Below, piece after piece: positions 30,249 through 40,617 of a stretch of 64,000 bases of DNA. Positions within the stretch are counted from its first letter, which is position 1; every line of letters begins with the position of its first letter. The stretch is from a virus (lineage: Duplodnaviria; Caudoviricetes). The notes below the pieces were generated by a model that saw only the letters and a program-made list of their open reading frames with translations, made no database searches and was not told the origin of the DNA. The stretch lies in IMG/VR virus record IMGVR_UViG_3300028175_000001. One strand, given 5' to 3'. Position numbers and translations under genes: made by a program.

Positions 30249-30981
30249 TAAGTGCTATGAAAAATTGATACACGTCATCTTTAAATGCGAAAGCATCGTG
30301 CCATTTCAAAGTGTTTATTAAATACAACCTACCAGGTTCAATATTTATCTCTGATCTGTATATCTCATGTTCTTGTTTAGTTTCATTCCACATACAAAAA
30401 CCATCAGTTGTATCTTCTGTTTTAAATCGTAAATATACACCATCTGGATTAGTTGTTCCCCATAACCTCAACCAGCGAACAGGGTGCCATGTGTCATAAT
30501 GGGGTTTAAAATTCGCTCTCGTATCCCATTTTAAAATACAGCTTCTGATCATATATTTTTTTATATCATTCAATGGATCAAGTGAAGGCATATTAAGTAC
30601 AGGGGTAGGTTCTGTAAAATCAACCTCTAAGTCTAATTTATCAACATTAACATTATTTTGTATGTCTTTATAGAAGTTAGTGAATTCTTCTGAGGTATCA
30701 TTATATCCTAAATTTACAAAATTCCATCTATCGAGCGGCCAACACGCAGGTTCAGGAACATTATCTAATCTACCATTTTTATTAACTAACGGCAACCCAA
30801 ATCTTGGCAAATCTGTAAATTTATCACCCCATTGTTTAAAAAACGAATCATATTGATGTATGTCATTTAAAAAAGATTCAACATCTATGCGCATATTTAA
30901 GGGAACTAAATTTTGACTATGCAATTCATTATATTTTTTTTCAGAAATAAAGGTCATAATATGCCTTTTTAGCAGATGCAC
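30208..30981 (-). CDS. Cupin / 2OG-Fe(II)-type oxygenase-like protein (Asp/Asn beta-hydroxylase-like)
   Basis: FKPHYD (HxD) and GRLYLINTLKWHDAF (distal His). Confidence 0.55.
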   Translation of the reverse strand: MHLLKRHIMTFISEKKYNELHSQNLVPLNMRIDVESFLNDIHQYDSFFKQWGDKFTDLPRFGLPLVNKNGRLDNVPEPACWPLDRWNFVNLGYNDTSEEFTNFYKDIQNNVNVDKLDLEVDFTEPTPVLNMPSLDPLNDIKKYMIRSCILKWDTRANFKPHYDTWHPVRWLRLWGTTNPDGVYLRFKTEDTTDGFCMWNETKQEHEIYRSEINIEPGRLYLINTLKWHDAFAFKDDVYQFFIALNVDSYDHILHGAI

Positions 30982-31423
30982 TAAATGGATCTAAACTCAA
31001 ATTACATAAATGTTTAGATAATTCAAAACCCCTAAAAACACTTTCCCAAAAAGTATCATAAGGAAGCGGTGTATCGAAATTACTTATTTCCCAGCAAGAT
31101 TTTTGAAATGAAATAGGAAAACAGGGCACTTCGTCAGAGTCTTCTTTCAATTCCGAATTTTTAACCTTATAAAAATAATCAATCCGCTTGCTTAACCACT
31201 CTGAAAATAATTCATTTGTCGGTAGAGTGGCAGACAATAACATACCCCTTTTATCATTTAACAGTGTCAATTTTCTATATACACCATAATCAGAGGCTAT
31301 CTGCAAAATAACTTTTTGATAATTGTGAGGTATAAACCCATCATGATCTATACAAAAATCTATTGTATTGTTCCAAATTTTGTCAGGATATTTTTTACTT
31401 CGTATTTCAAATTGAAATTTCAT
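30941..31423 (-). CDS. Hypothetical protein
   Basis: 160 aa co-oriented ORF overlapping both neighbours; no motif recognised. Confidence 0.65.
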   Translation of the reverse strand: MKFQFEIRSKKYPDKIWNNTIDFCIDHDGFIPHNYQKVILQIASDYGVYRKLTLLNDKRGMLLSATLPTNELFSEWLSKRIDYFYKVKNSELKEDSDEVPCFPISFQKSCWEISNFDTPLPYDTFWESVFRGFELSKHLCNLSLDPFSASAKKAYYDLYF

Positions 31424-32048
31424 TGCTCATCACCAATTTAACTTTCCAATCAACGGGAAATGGTTCGTTATAAAACTCAGTAACGAAATTATTGGCCCAA
31501 CACGCTAAATCGGGACTCCAATGATCCATTACATCAACTGAGTTAGTTGCCCAAGTATTAAAGAAATCGTGTTTAATATAAGTTTCCATTGTACGGCCAT
31601 TCCAAAAATTATCATTAGTTATTTGACCACCAGTCATTATGTCAACAAACTCTCCAGTATCATATATCGGATGAAGAAAAGACGAAACATCCGTTCCAAA
31701 AACATTATGAACATGTATATGAGGAAAATTCCACTTACCACACATAAATTTTTTATGTTCTTCTTGTATCCATTGCAATAACCATCTATAGGCTTCATCC
31801 TCCGTATTGAAACACAACACATGATTCACATAAATCCCATCTGACCATATCAAAAATACAGGTAATGGCCAAATACCCTCGCCCTCTTTAAATTTATTTT
31901 GTGTATTTACAATTTCTCTACAGCAAGGATTTCTTGTACAGCCATCACGATATTTGTCAATAACAATATGCCTCTCGGCAGAATATAATTCTTTTGAATT
32001 AGACCAAACACGTTTTTCAACATTTAATCTTAAATTATATGCATACAT
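31407..32048 (-). CDS. Hypothetical protein
   Basis: 213 aa co-oriented ORF overlapping both neighbours; no motif recognised. Confidence 0.65.
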   Translation of the reverse strand: MYAYNLRLNVEKRVWSNSKELYSAERHIVIDKYRDGCTRNPCCREIVNTQNKFKEGEGIWPLPVFLIWSDGIYVNHVLCFNTEDEAYRWLLQWIQEEHKKFMCGKWNFPHIHVHNVFGTDVSSFLHPIYDTGEFVDIMTGGQITNDNFWNGRTMETYIKHDFFNTWATNSVDVMDHWSPDLACWANNFVTEFYNEPFPVDWKVKLVMSNEISI

Positions 32049-33172
32049 TTATTATAAATGGTTAAAGATTCTTCAGGAATTTCATCTAAAATCATCAAAT
32101 ATTTCGTATATTCTATAAATTCCTTTATTCTGGTACTATTGTATATATTCGAATTAAATATTTTTTCTACAAATTCTCTATGAGTATCATTATAAAAAGG
32201 CATTTGCAATATATCATCTTTTACATTATCAGGTAAATACGCAACATTTAATTTTTCGGGAGAATAACAATTTCTTAAATCAAGAATAATATCATTTTCA
32301 TCTGCCCATTTCATTGAATCATAAATGTTAAGAATATTGTAAGTTTGTACAACAAACATTATTCTTAAGCCTGTAAGATGAGGAGGCCTTAACTTATAAT
32401 CAGGGTTTCCATTTCTTTCAAATTTGCTCTGATCAAACCAGGTCTTCCATTTTTTCAAATTAACACCAAACCTTTTCATAGTTAAACCTTTTCGGCAAAA
32501 TTCTCCAACCTCGCCTATTCCATCTAAACTCAAATATATTAAAACATTATCACATCTATCAATAAAATTAAAAAATTCTGATTTGGGAAATACAGAATTA
32601 TTAGTAGCCATAGTGAAGAATTTTGTTTTCCTGTCTTTAAAAAAATCGCCGGAATACTCTTTCATAATCATCGGTTCACCCCCCGATATAGTAATAAGAT
32701 CTAAATCATCAAGACCGTCAAGAAGATATATTTTTTGGGGTTTATCATCTATTATTTGTAAAGGCTCTTTTTCCCACATACTGCTGGCGCTTGAATTGCA
32801 AATAGTACATCTAAAATTGCATTTATTCGATGGATAAATTTCAATTTCTGTTAGTTTAGAAACAGGTGACGTATCATGACAAGAATTAATACTCTGGCGG
32901 AGACTCATTAAACCTAAAGACTCTAGATGATAACAATATCGACATCCATCTAAAAATTTCCCGGTCAACATTTTTTGGCGAAGAGATTTCATTTCTTCGC
33001 CATCAAAGGCCGCTAATAAATTATCATATTTGTCTTTGGGAATAAAAATTTGTTTTTCGGAACACGTTCCATCACCAGTTGTTTCATTATAATGAGTACA
33101 TGTATTGAGATTACCATTCCACCATTGAGTCATTCTTACGAATGGACTCATACAAAAAGTATTTGAATCCAT
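32030..33172 (-). CDS. Radical SAM protein with N-terminal twitch (subfamily B)
   Basis: FCMSPF..NTC..GCRYC..SLR; CNFRCTIC; SGGEPM; SLDG. Confidence 0.92.
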   Translation of the reverse strand: MDSNTFCMSPFVRMTQWWNGNLNTCTHYNETTGDGTCSEKQIFIPKDKYDNLLAAFDGEEMKSLRQKMLTGKFLDGCRYCYHLESLGLMSLRQSINSCHDTSPVSKLTEIEIYPSNKCNFRCTICNSSASSMWEKEPLQIIDDKPQKIYLLDGLDDLDLITISGGEPMIMKEYSGDFFKDRKTKFFTMATNNSVFPKSEFFNFIDRCDNVLIYLSLDGIGEVGEFCRKGLTMKRFGVNLKKWKTWFDQSKFERNGNPDYKLRPPHLTGLRIMFVVQTYNILNIYDSMKWADENDIILDLRNCYSPEKLNVAYLPDNVKDDILQMPFYNDTHREFVEKIFNSNIYNSTRIKEFIEYTKYLMILDEIPEESLTIYNKCMHII

Positions 33173-33915
33173 TATTCTAAGGACGTGTCATTTTCCATTA
33201 TGAAAGTATTTTCGATTGCCCAATCAGAAACATTATTAACATCACTCAAATAGTCATATACATAAGAACTTATCAAAGACCAATTCTTTTTATTATCAAC
33301 ATTAAAACAATGATGTATTTCACTCTCACCGAACGATTCTTTATCTTGACAATTACAAACCATCTTTCTTGGATTAGAAATATTATCATAACTACTATCC
33401 AATTCAGCTAGATCGGCATATGTTATGTCATTTTTACTAGGAGCATCTTCCCCAAAAAGAGAAGTGTTATAGAAGTCATCTAATGGCGGGGAATAAAAAT
33501 TAACTGGTCCATATTCTGCCCAAAACACTGAATATAGTCTTTTTAAAAGAATATCAGCATTAAAAACTTCCCTACTTCTCATTGAAACATCAGTAGACCA
33601 AGATAAATTATATTGATGAAACATTGTAAAATACAATTCTTTCGTTTGATCATTCATATTTAACAAATCAAACGAAACGCCCTCATAAAACATTAAACAA
33701 TTTATTTTAGTATTATCAGCAAAACAAAATAACCCAAGAGTCCCATTAAGATTAAATCCCTCTTCGTCAAGTTGCGTTGTTAAAAAGGGGGGGTATACAT
33801 CATAATCAACTGACGGCTGATTATTAGATTCAAGCAACGTTAAATATTCATCCGCATTATTCCATGTCCGAGAATCATCAGGTAAGTGAGTCAATTCAAA
33901 TAAAATGCATTTCAT
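33172..33915 (-). CDS. Hypothetical acidic protein
   Basis: 247 aa co-oriented ORF abutting both neighbours; no motif recognised. Confidence 0.65.
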   Translation of the reverse strand: MKCILFELTHLPDDSRTWNNADEYLTLLESNNQPSVDYDVYPPFLTTQLDEEGFNLNGTLGLFCFADNTKINCLMFYEGVSFDLLNMNDQTKELYFTMFHQYNLSWSTDVSMRSREVFNADILLKRLYSVFWAEYGPVNFYSPPLDDFYNTSLFGEDAPSKNDITYADLAELDSSYDNISNPRKMVCNCQDKESFGESEIHHCFNVDNKKNWSLISSYVYDYLSDVNNVSDWAIENTFIMENDTSLE

Positions 33916-33916
33916 A

Positions 33917-35017
33917 TTATCCTTTCTGTGTTAAAAAGCTTGAACATTCTTTTGGAACTTTTACAAATGTATTTAGGTATTTAGTATATTGTAAAAATTT
34001 CGCATGAATTAATTCAGATTCATCATTTTTTTCTAAAACATCCAAAACGAATTTTTTATGATTTTGATCATAAAATTCTGATTCGATTATTTCTTTCTTA
34101 TATTTATTAGGCAAATATGCAGGACACAAATAGTCTGGTTCAAACGCAGTTGTTAACATCACACGATCTCTCATATTAAATGCATTTACATATCTAAGAG
34201 TATCGGTTAAATTAAAAACATTATAGTTGCTTAATACAAAATTTATCCAAGGACCATCATGTCTTGAAGTTTTATCATAAGTTCTGTTTGAAAAAAACTC
34301 TAACCATTTTAAAAAATTTTTACGCCATACTCTTTCTTTCCATCCCAACCGACAAAATTCTCCAACCTCACCAACACCATCCAACGAAATACCTATGCAA
34401 ACATGTTTTAATCCTGATAAAAATTCCATCCATCGTTCATTTGGATACGATGAACAATTGGTAATCATTTGAAACCACGTATCATTATTGGTTTTACTCT
34501 CTATCAAATCCCAAAATTCATCTGTATAATACGGTTCTAAAGTTGGCTCGCCCCCCATTATCGTTAGTTGTATTAAATTATCAACACCATCCAACTCTAT
34601 TGGTAATTTGTGTAAAATTTGACTATCAATAAATCTAAATTCTTTATTTCTAGACTCCCAACCCGAAGATGCAGATTCGTTACATGTTACGCATATAAAA
34701 TTACATTTATTTGAAGCCGCAAAATCAAGCTCCCTCAACAAAGTAGATGGTGGGGGATCTGGATATCTTTCATTTATATCTTGTCGGCAAGAATATTGAT
34801 TTGAATCATCATAAAAATAACACCATTCACACTCTGTTCTTCGTTTTCCTTCTAACATTTCTTGACGAATAACTTCCATTTCGTCACTTAAAAATGCATT
34901 TTGTATAGTTTTATAATTATTTTTTAATGGAGGATGATAAACACATGTTCTTAAATCACCATTTGGTGATCTTGTCATTCTTGTAAACGGTGATGCACAA
35001 AAATATTTGGTATTCAT
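33917..35017 (-). CDS. Radical SAM protein with N-terminal twitch (subfamily B)
   Basis: FCASPF..GDLRTC..ECEWC; CNFICVTC; MGGEPT; SLDG. Confidence 0.92.
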   Translation of the reverse strand: MNTKYFCASPFTRMTRSPNGDLRTCVYHPPLKNNYKTIQNAFLSDEMEVIRQEMLEGKRRTECEWCYFYDDSNQYSCRQDINERYPDPPPSTLLRELDFAASNKCNFICVTCNESASSGWESRNKEFRFIDSQILHKLPIELDGVDNLIQLTIMGGEPTLEPYYTDEFWDLIESKTNNDTWFQMITNCSSYPNERWMEFLSGLKHVCIGISLDGVGEVGEFCRLGWKERVWRKNFLKWLEFFSNRTYDKTSRHDGPWINFVLSNYNVFNLTDTLRYVNAFNMRDRVMLTTAFEPDYLCPAYLPNKYKKEIIESEFYDQNHKKFVLDVLEKNDESELIHAKFLQYTKYLNTFVKVPKECSSFLTQKG

Positions 35018-35541
35018 TCAAAAACCAAATCTAATTTTATTTTCCATTTTTCAGTCATTATTTTACAATTTACAATATCAATATCCCAAATTATTTGGTT
35101 TTCTCCATAAATCGATATAACCTCCCTATAGGTCATCCAACCTTTATTACTTTTTTTCATAATATTAGATATTCTCGAATCAGCATTTGTAGTAATTACA
35201 ATATTTTTAGTGTTATCAATTTCTTGACAATGATCAATAGATAAGCCAGCCATCACATTTGAAAAAAATCGTTCTTCAATCGTTGGACCCCAACATCTTG
35301 GGCTATATTTTGTTGTTATTGCTCTTGTTAAAATTCTATAAGTATTTGGTACAAATTCACTAATATCATCTATTCCCGATAACATGGCTAATTTATCATT
35401 TTTAAAAAATAAAAAACATTTAAGCATTTTTTCAATATTTAAATATTTAATATCATAATTTAATTTTCGTTTTTTCCAATCTAATATAAATTTTTGCAAT
35501 AATTTTAAATCTGTATATCTAAAATCTCTAACAATTATCAT
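35014..35541 (-). CDS. Hypothetical protein, possibly GNAT-fold acyltransferase
   Basis: 175 aa; weak alpha/beta pattern (RILTRA.., IYGENQIIW); adjacent to the ANL ligase. Confidence 0.35.
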   Translation of the reverse strand: MIIVRDFRYTDLKLLQKFILDWKKRKLNYDIKYLNIEKMLKCFLFFKNDKLAMLSGIDDISEFVPNTYRILTRAITTKYSPRCWGPTIEERFFSNVMAGLSIDHCQEIDNTKNIVITTNADSRISNIMKKSNKGWMTYREVISIYGENQIIWDIDIVNCKIMTEKWKIKLDLVFE

Positions 35542-36475
35542 AAGTTTCAGTTCTGACCAGCTTATTCATCTCATTCACTTTTATTTTTTCAACTCTTCTC
35601 ACATTAACAGAAGAATCCTTATACCATTCTTGAACCTTTTCTTTAACTATTAAAGCCTCTTCGTCTCCATCATAAAACATCCAAACTTTGTCATTTTTTA
35701 TGGTTAACATACATCGATTAACAGAGGTATTGTCTAAAACATGTTTTTCAATTGTTTCGGGATGAATACGTGAACAGTTTAAAGCTAATATATTTTTCGT
35801 TCTACCAATAAATTTTAATTCATCATCAACGATATCACCCGATGCCCAATAAGAATCTTGTATTTTCCATTTTATAAACAATTCATTATCATTCACATAA
35901 TAGTCTATTAAAGATGAAAGATTTTGTCCTATTTGCTGTTCATCTTCTGAATCAGAAATAGCAGGCGGTACTTCTGTTGAACCATACAAATGATGAAATT
36001 TTTTAGCTCCCTTAGAAAGCACATCTTCTTTAAAACCAACAGGAACAATATCTGCACCGCATGAAACCGTCATATCTGTAAAATTAAAATTTTTCCATTT
36101 ATCAGTTCTTTTCAATACTCTATAAACTGCGGGTAAAATAAAAGCATGGGTTGCATTTTGAATTTCGTCCAAATAATCATTTGGGCGAAATGCTATTACT
36201 TTCAAATTACAATTTGTCATCAAAGCAGGCAAAACTGAAAGAACTGGATACCCTATCGAGGTGGCAGGTAATGACATATTAACAATATAATCATTATTCG
36301 TATAATTATTATATCTACAATTTTCTTCAGCAACCATTTTCATAAGCTCATAGGAATGAACTATTTTTTTAGGTTTTCCAGTAGACCCTGAAGTAAAATA
36401 AACAAAATCCTCTTTTCTTTGAAATCTTCTTATAATGTCTTCAGTTTCTTCTTTATAATTTACACAATCAATCAT
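35528..36475 (-). CDS. ANL-superfamily AMP-forming ligase (short acyl-CoA ligase-like)
   Basis: YFTSGSTGKPK (A3), YGSTE (A5), SGD (A7), GR.KN (A8), C-terminal Lys (A10-like). Confidence 0.88.
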   Translation of the reverse strand: MIDCVNYKEETEDIIRRFQRKEDFVYFTSGSTGKPKKIVHSYELMKMVAEENCRYNNYTNNDYIVNMSLPATSIGYPVLSVLPALMTNCNLKVIAFRPNDYLDEIQNATHAFILPAVYRVLKRTDKWKNFNFTDMTVSCGADIVPVGFKEDVLSKGAKKFHHLYGSTEVPPAISDSEDEQQIGQNLSSLIDYYVNDNELFIKWKIQDSYWASGDIVDDELKFIGRTKNILALNCSRIHPETIEKHVLDNTSVNRCMLTIKNDKVWMFYDGDEEALIVKEKVQEWYKDSSVNVRRVEKIKVNEMNKLVRTETYDNC

Positions 36476-36485
36476 AATAATCTAC

Positions 36486-37742
36486 TTAATGGTTTAATTG
36501 TTTTTTAGGTGCATAATTTTTCATTTGATTTAAATATATCCCCAATTGACACCAAATACCATCTGGAAACACCCACTGATAAGAACCAGTATATTTTTGA
36601 TAATTATCCCAAATGAAATTACTACCGGAAATACTATTTGCCCCTTTCTGAGAATCAAGCCAAAATCGAGTATCATTTCTACTGCTTAATACATAATGAG
36701 CTAACTGAAATCTAAGACCATCATTCCATATTCTTCTCATTATACGATTATATGATTTCTTGCTATAACCCCTTTTTATCGTATTCACTAATTGTGTAAT
36801 ACCACTTTGAGTCATAAACAAAGCCGTCGCCTCAAGTGGATCAACAAAACCAGAAGATGTTCCAATAGCAACCACATTATCAGACCAAGGATTCTGTAAA
36901 ATCATCGGATCCCACTGAATAAACCGTTCTTCTTTTTGTGAAGACAGGGGAGTTCTATCGAGGGCCTCATAAATTTCTCGAAATTCTTTAAGTGCTTCTT
37001 CTTTATTCACATAACGAGATGCAAATATATAACCCATACCCACACGATTTTGTAAACTAACTTCAAATGTCCAACCATACTTCCTGGCAATTGATTTAGT
37101 CACATCTGAATCATTGGGCGAATTTTCCATAGGACACACCCATGCAGAATCAACAAAATGAAAATCTGAAATATTCATTTTAGTAAAATCTCGTATAAAT
37201 TTTCTACCAAAACCCGTTGCATCAATATAAAGATCAAACCCCTTAGGTAACTCTGAAAGTTCTTCCTCGATTAAAACAGTTTTTTTGCAATGATTTTTTA
37301 CTATATCAGCAGAAGCCTCCGCACAGACATGATAAGCATAATCAGATCTTGAATCTGGATTATCAAATTCTCTATAAAAATTTTCCTCAATTATTTTCCC
37401 AGCAACATCAAAGTTGGTAGGATCAGCCATCATTTGATCAAATTTATTATTATCATTAAACCAAAATCTTGTGACAAATGGTTTATCAAATTCTGGCGCA
37501 TTCCACCCCTCTTTATAATTTCCATATTTTAAAACGGCATCAGAATTTTTTACCCAATCCTTTTCTTCGATACCCAATTCCTCCCACCACCATTTAAGTT
37601 GAGGCAAGGTTGATTCCCCAACACCCATTGATGGAATATCAGGAGCATCATAAATTGTAATTTCCCAATCTGGTAAATGTTTTTCAAAATAACCCGCGGC
37701 CCACCATCCTGCAGTACTGCCGCCTACTATGCAAAGTTTCAT
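36486..37742 (-). CDS. Flavin-dependent tryptophan-halogenase-like protein
   Basis: IVGGSTAG; GVGESTLP; DAVLKYG (catalytic Lys position); YIDATGF; GFVDPLEATAL. The WxWxIP motif is replaced by GWTFEVSL. Confidence 0.85.
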   Translation of the reverse strand: MKLCIVGGSTAGWWAAGYFEKHLPDWEITIYDAPDIPSMGVGESTLPQLKWWWEELGIEEKDWVKNSDAVLKYGNYKEGWNAPEFDKPFVTRFWFNDNNKFDQMMADPTNFDVAGKIIEENFYREFDNPDSRSDYAYHVCAEASADIVKNHCKKTVLIEEELSELPKGFDLYIDATGFGRKFIRDFTKMNISDFHFVDSAWVCPMENSPNDSDVTKSIARKYGWTFEVSLQNRVGMGYIFASRYVNKEEALKEFREIYEALDRTPLSSQKEERFIQWDPMILQNPWSDNVVAIGTSSGFVDPLEATALFMTQSGITQLVNTIKRGYSKKSYNRIMRRIWNDGLRFQLAHYVLSSRNDTRFWLDSQKGANSISGSNFIWDNYQKYTGSYQWVFPDGIWCQLGIYLNQMKNYAPKKQLNH

Positions 37743-38047
37743 GTTTCTACCTCTATAGGATCGCTTACTTTATAATAATATACAATTTTAGTTAATTGGT
37801 GGATAACATCTTTTCGTAAAAGTTCAGAATCAAAATATAATTTTTTCGTAGGATATCGTTGTGTTAAAACAACCAAATTAGGCAGGATAAACGTCATAGA
37901 AAACAGATGTTCACCAAATTCATCTGCTATTTTTTGATTATATTTTCTAAACGGATGAAATTCTATAAAACTATACAAATAACGTTTAATTTCTTGCTTA
38001 GATTTGAAATCACATTTTGTTTTAATAACTGAATTTATCAATATCAT
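37739..38047 (-). CDS. Hypothetical protein
   Basis: 102 aa co-oriented ORF overlapping both neighbours. Confidence 0.6.
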   Translation of the reverse strand: MILINSVIKTKCDFKSKQEIKRYLYSFIEFHPFRKYNQKIADEFGEHLFSMTFILPNLVVLTQRYPTKKLYFDSELLRKDVIHQLTKIVYYYKVSDPIEVET

Positions 38048-39131
38048 TTATCAACTCCAAAAAATTATCCATAATATCAGTATTTTCTATTTCTATAGAA
38101 CCATTAAAATCTATATGCCAAATAAATCGAAAAAAATCGCCATATTTGGCATATATTTCCATTGTTCTATTAAAATTATGCTGTGCTTTTAAGTCCACAT
38201 CAAAATCAGACAAAATCCCAATATCATCGCACAAATCACTTACCATATTAAAACATGATTTATATCGTTTTTTTAATGATGGACCATCATATATATTAAA
38301 ATAATTAATAAATCCTTGCTGTTCTAAAAACTTGTAAATACCAGAATTACTCAAAACAATAAAGGGCTTTTTCCAAATCAAATTTTTAACTATTTTTTCC
38401 GTAAAAGATAATCCAAACGTAAGAGTTGATTCTTGATAATAATCTACATAACTCTGAAAATATTCAACGGGGGGGAATATGCATTCTGGAAAAAACGTAT
38501 TGTGATATTTTTTCCCTATAACCCGTCTAGCATTCTTTGTTATATCTTCAGACAAACGTATGCGGTCTATTTTAAAACCCCTAACCACAACATCATCTTC
38601 GGGCTTTAATGAGACCTCATCATTTATAATCACACGATTTTTATTCAAATATATCGTTTTAATATCTATATTATTTCTCATATGGTCATTCGTATAACTC
38701 ATATGATCTTCATTATACGGATATAAAGAATATACAATATTTTTCAACTGCATTACGTCCCCGACAGATAAAACTCTAAGAGCCGCAGGCCGTCTATTTA
38801 AATGACATACATGATATTTTTTTTCGAAATTATCATCTAAAGAAAAATCTCTCGACAAATGTTGTACATGCTGACAAATGACTTTCCAAGGAAATCCATA
38901 ATAATTTTTATTGTGATCTATAGAAGTAACATCAGAATCTATTATATAAATATTGTCTTGTAAAGGCAATAATTGCTTAGGCGAAGAACTTGGACCAGAA
39001 TCCGACTCAATTACAAATAGTCTATCCGAATCTTTTAATTTTTTTAAATAACTATCATATGAACTATGTAATCTCTGTATACCAGGAGATATTTCATTAT
39101 CTTTATCTAACGTAGTAACAATATAATCCAT
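38022..39131 (-). CDS. TEK..K...KPF family protein (putative GT-B/exostosin-like glycosyltransferase)
   Basis: ESTLTFGLSFTEKIVKNLIWKKPFI; paralog of 46796 and 48037. The GT role is inference. Confidence 0.45.
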   Translation of the reverse strand: MDYIVTTLDKDNEISPGIQRLHSSYDSYLKKLKDSDRLFVIESDSGPSSSPKQLLPLQDNIYIIDSDVTSIDHNKNYYGFPWKVICQHVQHLSRDFSLDDNFEKKYHVCHLNRRPAALRVLSVGDVMQLKNIVYSLYPYNEDHMSYTNDHMRNNIDIKTIYLNKNRVIINDEVSLKPEDDVVVRGFKIDRIRLSEDITKNARRVIGKKYHNTFFPECIFPPVEYFQSYVDYYQESTLTFGLSFTEKIVKNLIWKKPFIVLSNSGIYKFLEQQGFINYFNIYDGPSLKKRYKSCFNMVSDLCDDIGILSDFDVDLKAQHNFNRTMEIYAKYGDFFRFIWHIDFNGSIEIENTDIMDNFLELINDIDKFSY

Positions 39132-39142
39132 TATTATAAATT

Positions 39143-39826
39143 CTAAGAATGGGTTATAACCTCAATATTTTTCATTTTTTTCAAGGTTGGAAATTTAAAA
39201 TTTTCATAATGATGTTGTCTCCTATCTTTAGATAAATCTGCACAGCCCACTCCCATTAATAATACAGGAACTTCTCCCAAAATATCAGCTATAGCACTAG
39301 AGTCCATACACTTACAACATCCTGTAGCATATCCTAATTGAGTAGCTACGATATTTACATATCCTGCGGCTATACCAATTGCAATAGAACGGTCTTCTGC
39401 CCATTCATCATCATATTGAACATTAGGTACATATGTATCCTGCCGTTTCAATAACGGATTTTCATTTTCAGTAAACACTAACAATAATTGACCAAGCACT
39501 TGTGGATTAGTATAATATTTACCCTCTTCTGTTGTTTTTTCGTCAAATGAATTTTCTTTTCTTAATTCAGAATCATAATCTGAATAAATTGGACCAAATC
39601 CAACAGTTTTTTTATGAATTTCTTCTATCATGTCCCGGTCTTCTATGACATGTAACCGATAATAATTCAAATTTTGTTTAGAAGGACAATTTGTCGCTGA
39701 CTCTATTAATAGCTGTTTGTCTTCTTCGGGTATAGATTTACTTAAATCCCAATTTCGCTGACATTTTTGCGATTCGTGTATTGTTTCTCGTATCATTTTG
39801 CGATACGAACCATGAGTTATTGCCAT
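39143..39826 (-). CDS. Nitroreductase-family (FMN) protein
   Basis: SQKCQRNW..ATNCPSKQN..AAGYVNIVATQLGYATGCCKC. Confidence 0.85.
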   Translation of the reverse strand: MAITHGSYRKMIRETIHESQKCQRNWDLSKSIPEEDKQLLIESATNCPSKQNLNYYRLHVIEDRDMIEEIHKKTVGFGPIYSDYDSELRKENSFDEKTTEEGKYYTNPQVLGQLLLVFTENENPLLKRQDTYVPNVQYDDEWAEDRSIAIGIAAGYVNIVATQLGYATGCCKCMDSSAIADILGEVPVLLMGVGCADLSKDRRQHHYENFKFPTLKKMKNIEVITHS

Positions 39827-39855
39827 TATTATGCTCCAAAATTTAAATATTTATG

Positions 39856-40617
39856 TTATATTAATCTATAATAATTATTAATATTATAGTAATCTTTTTG
39901 TCTCCAAACCTTACCTGCACTTTTTAATAATCCATCTGTCAAAATTTCTTCGTTATAATTAGAATATGAGCATCCTCTAAAATCAAAAGAAATACGTGTA
40001 TTGATAGAAGAATTATGAGGTATAGATCCATGTAAAATTTTACATCCATAAAATTTTACAAATTGACCGTATTTTATATTTACAGGATATAAAATATTAT
40101 CAGAATGTAATATATACAGGGTATTATGATCATCTACATCCATTAACGGCATCCAAAAATTCTCTTCAAATTCAGGATGAAGTGCTATTTCATTATCAGT
40201 ATGAAGACTATAATCAATACCGTTTTTATTTATCAAATCATTATCACAATATTTCACTGTACTTTTAGAGGGTACTATTTTAATTGAAGGCAACCGTTGC
40301 ATTACAATAACGTTTTTGTTTAACATAGTAAACTCGCCAGGAGAAACATTTAACGCAAGTTTTAATATATTTTCACAAAAAGATTTCCATAATAAATTAA
40401 AATCAGCATCATTACGAAAATAAGAATATATTGTATGTATTAAATCACCATACGTGCTTTTTGGTTGTACATCACTAACCCAATTCCATGCATCTTCTGA
40501 AACATATTTCAAATGCAAGTTTTCAAGAGAACACTTCAGCAAATTTTCTAATAATTGCTTCCAATTATAAACACTTGTGTCATATTCATAGATTACACCA
40601 AACTTTTCTTCCATCAT
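39856..40617 (-). CDS. StrG-like / PhyH-like 2OG-Fe(II) oxygenase
   Basis: LHTDNE (HxD), NFWMPL, FYGCKILHGS..NTRISFDFR. Confidence 0.7.
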   Translation of the reverse strand: MMEEKFGVIYEYDTSVYNWKQLLENLLKCSLENLHLKYVSEDAWNWVSDVQPKSTYGDLIHTIYSYFRNDADFNLLWKSFCENILKLALNVSPGEFTMLNKNVIVMQRLPSIKIVPSKSTVKYCDNDLINKNGIDYSLHTDNEIALHPEFEENFWMPLMDVDDHNTLYILHSDNILYPVNIKYGQFVKFYGCKILHGSIPHNSSINTRISFDFRGCSYSNYNEEILTDGLLKSAGKVWRQKDYYNINNYYRLI

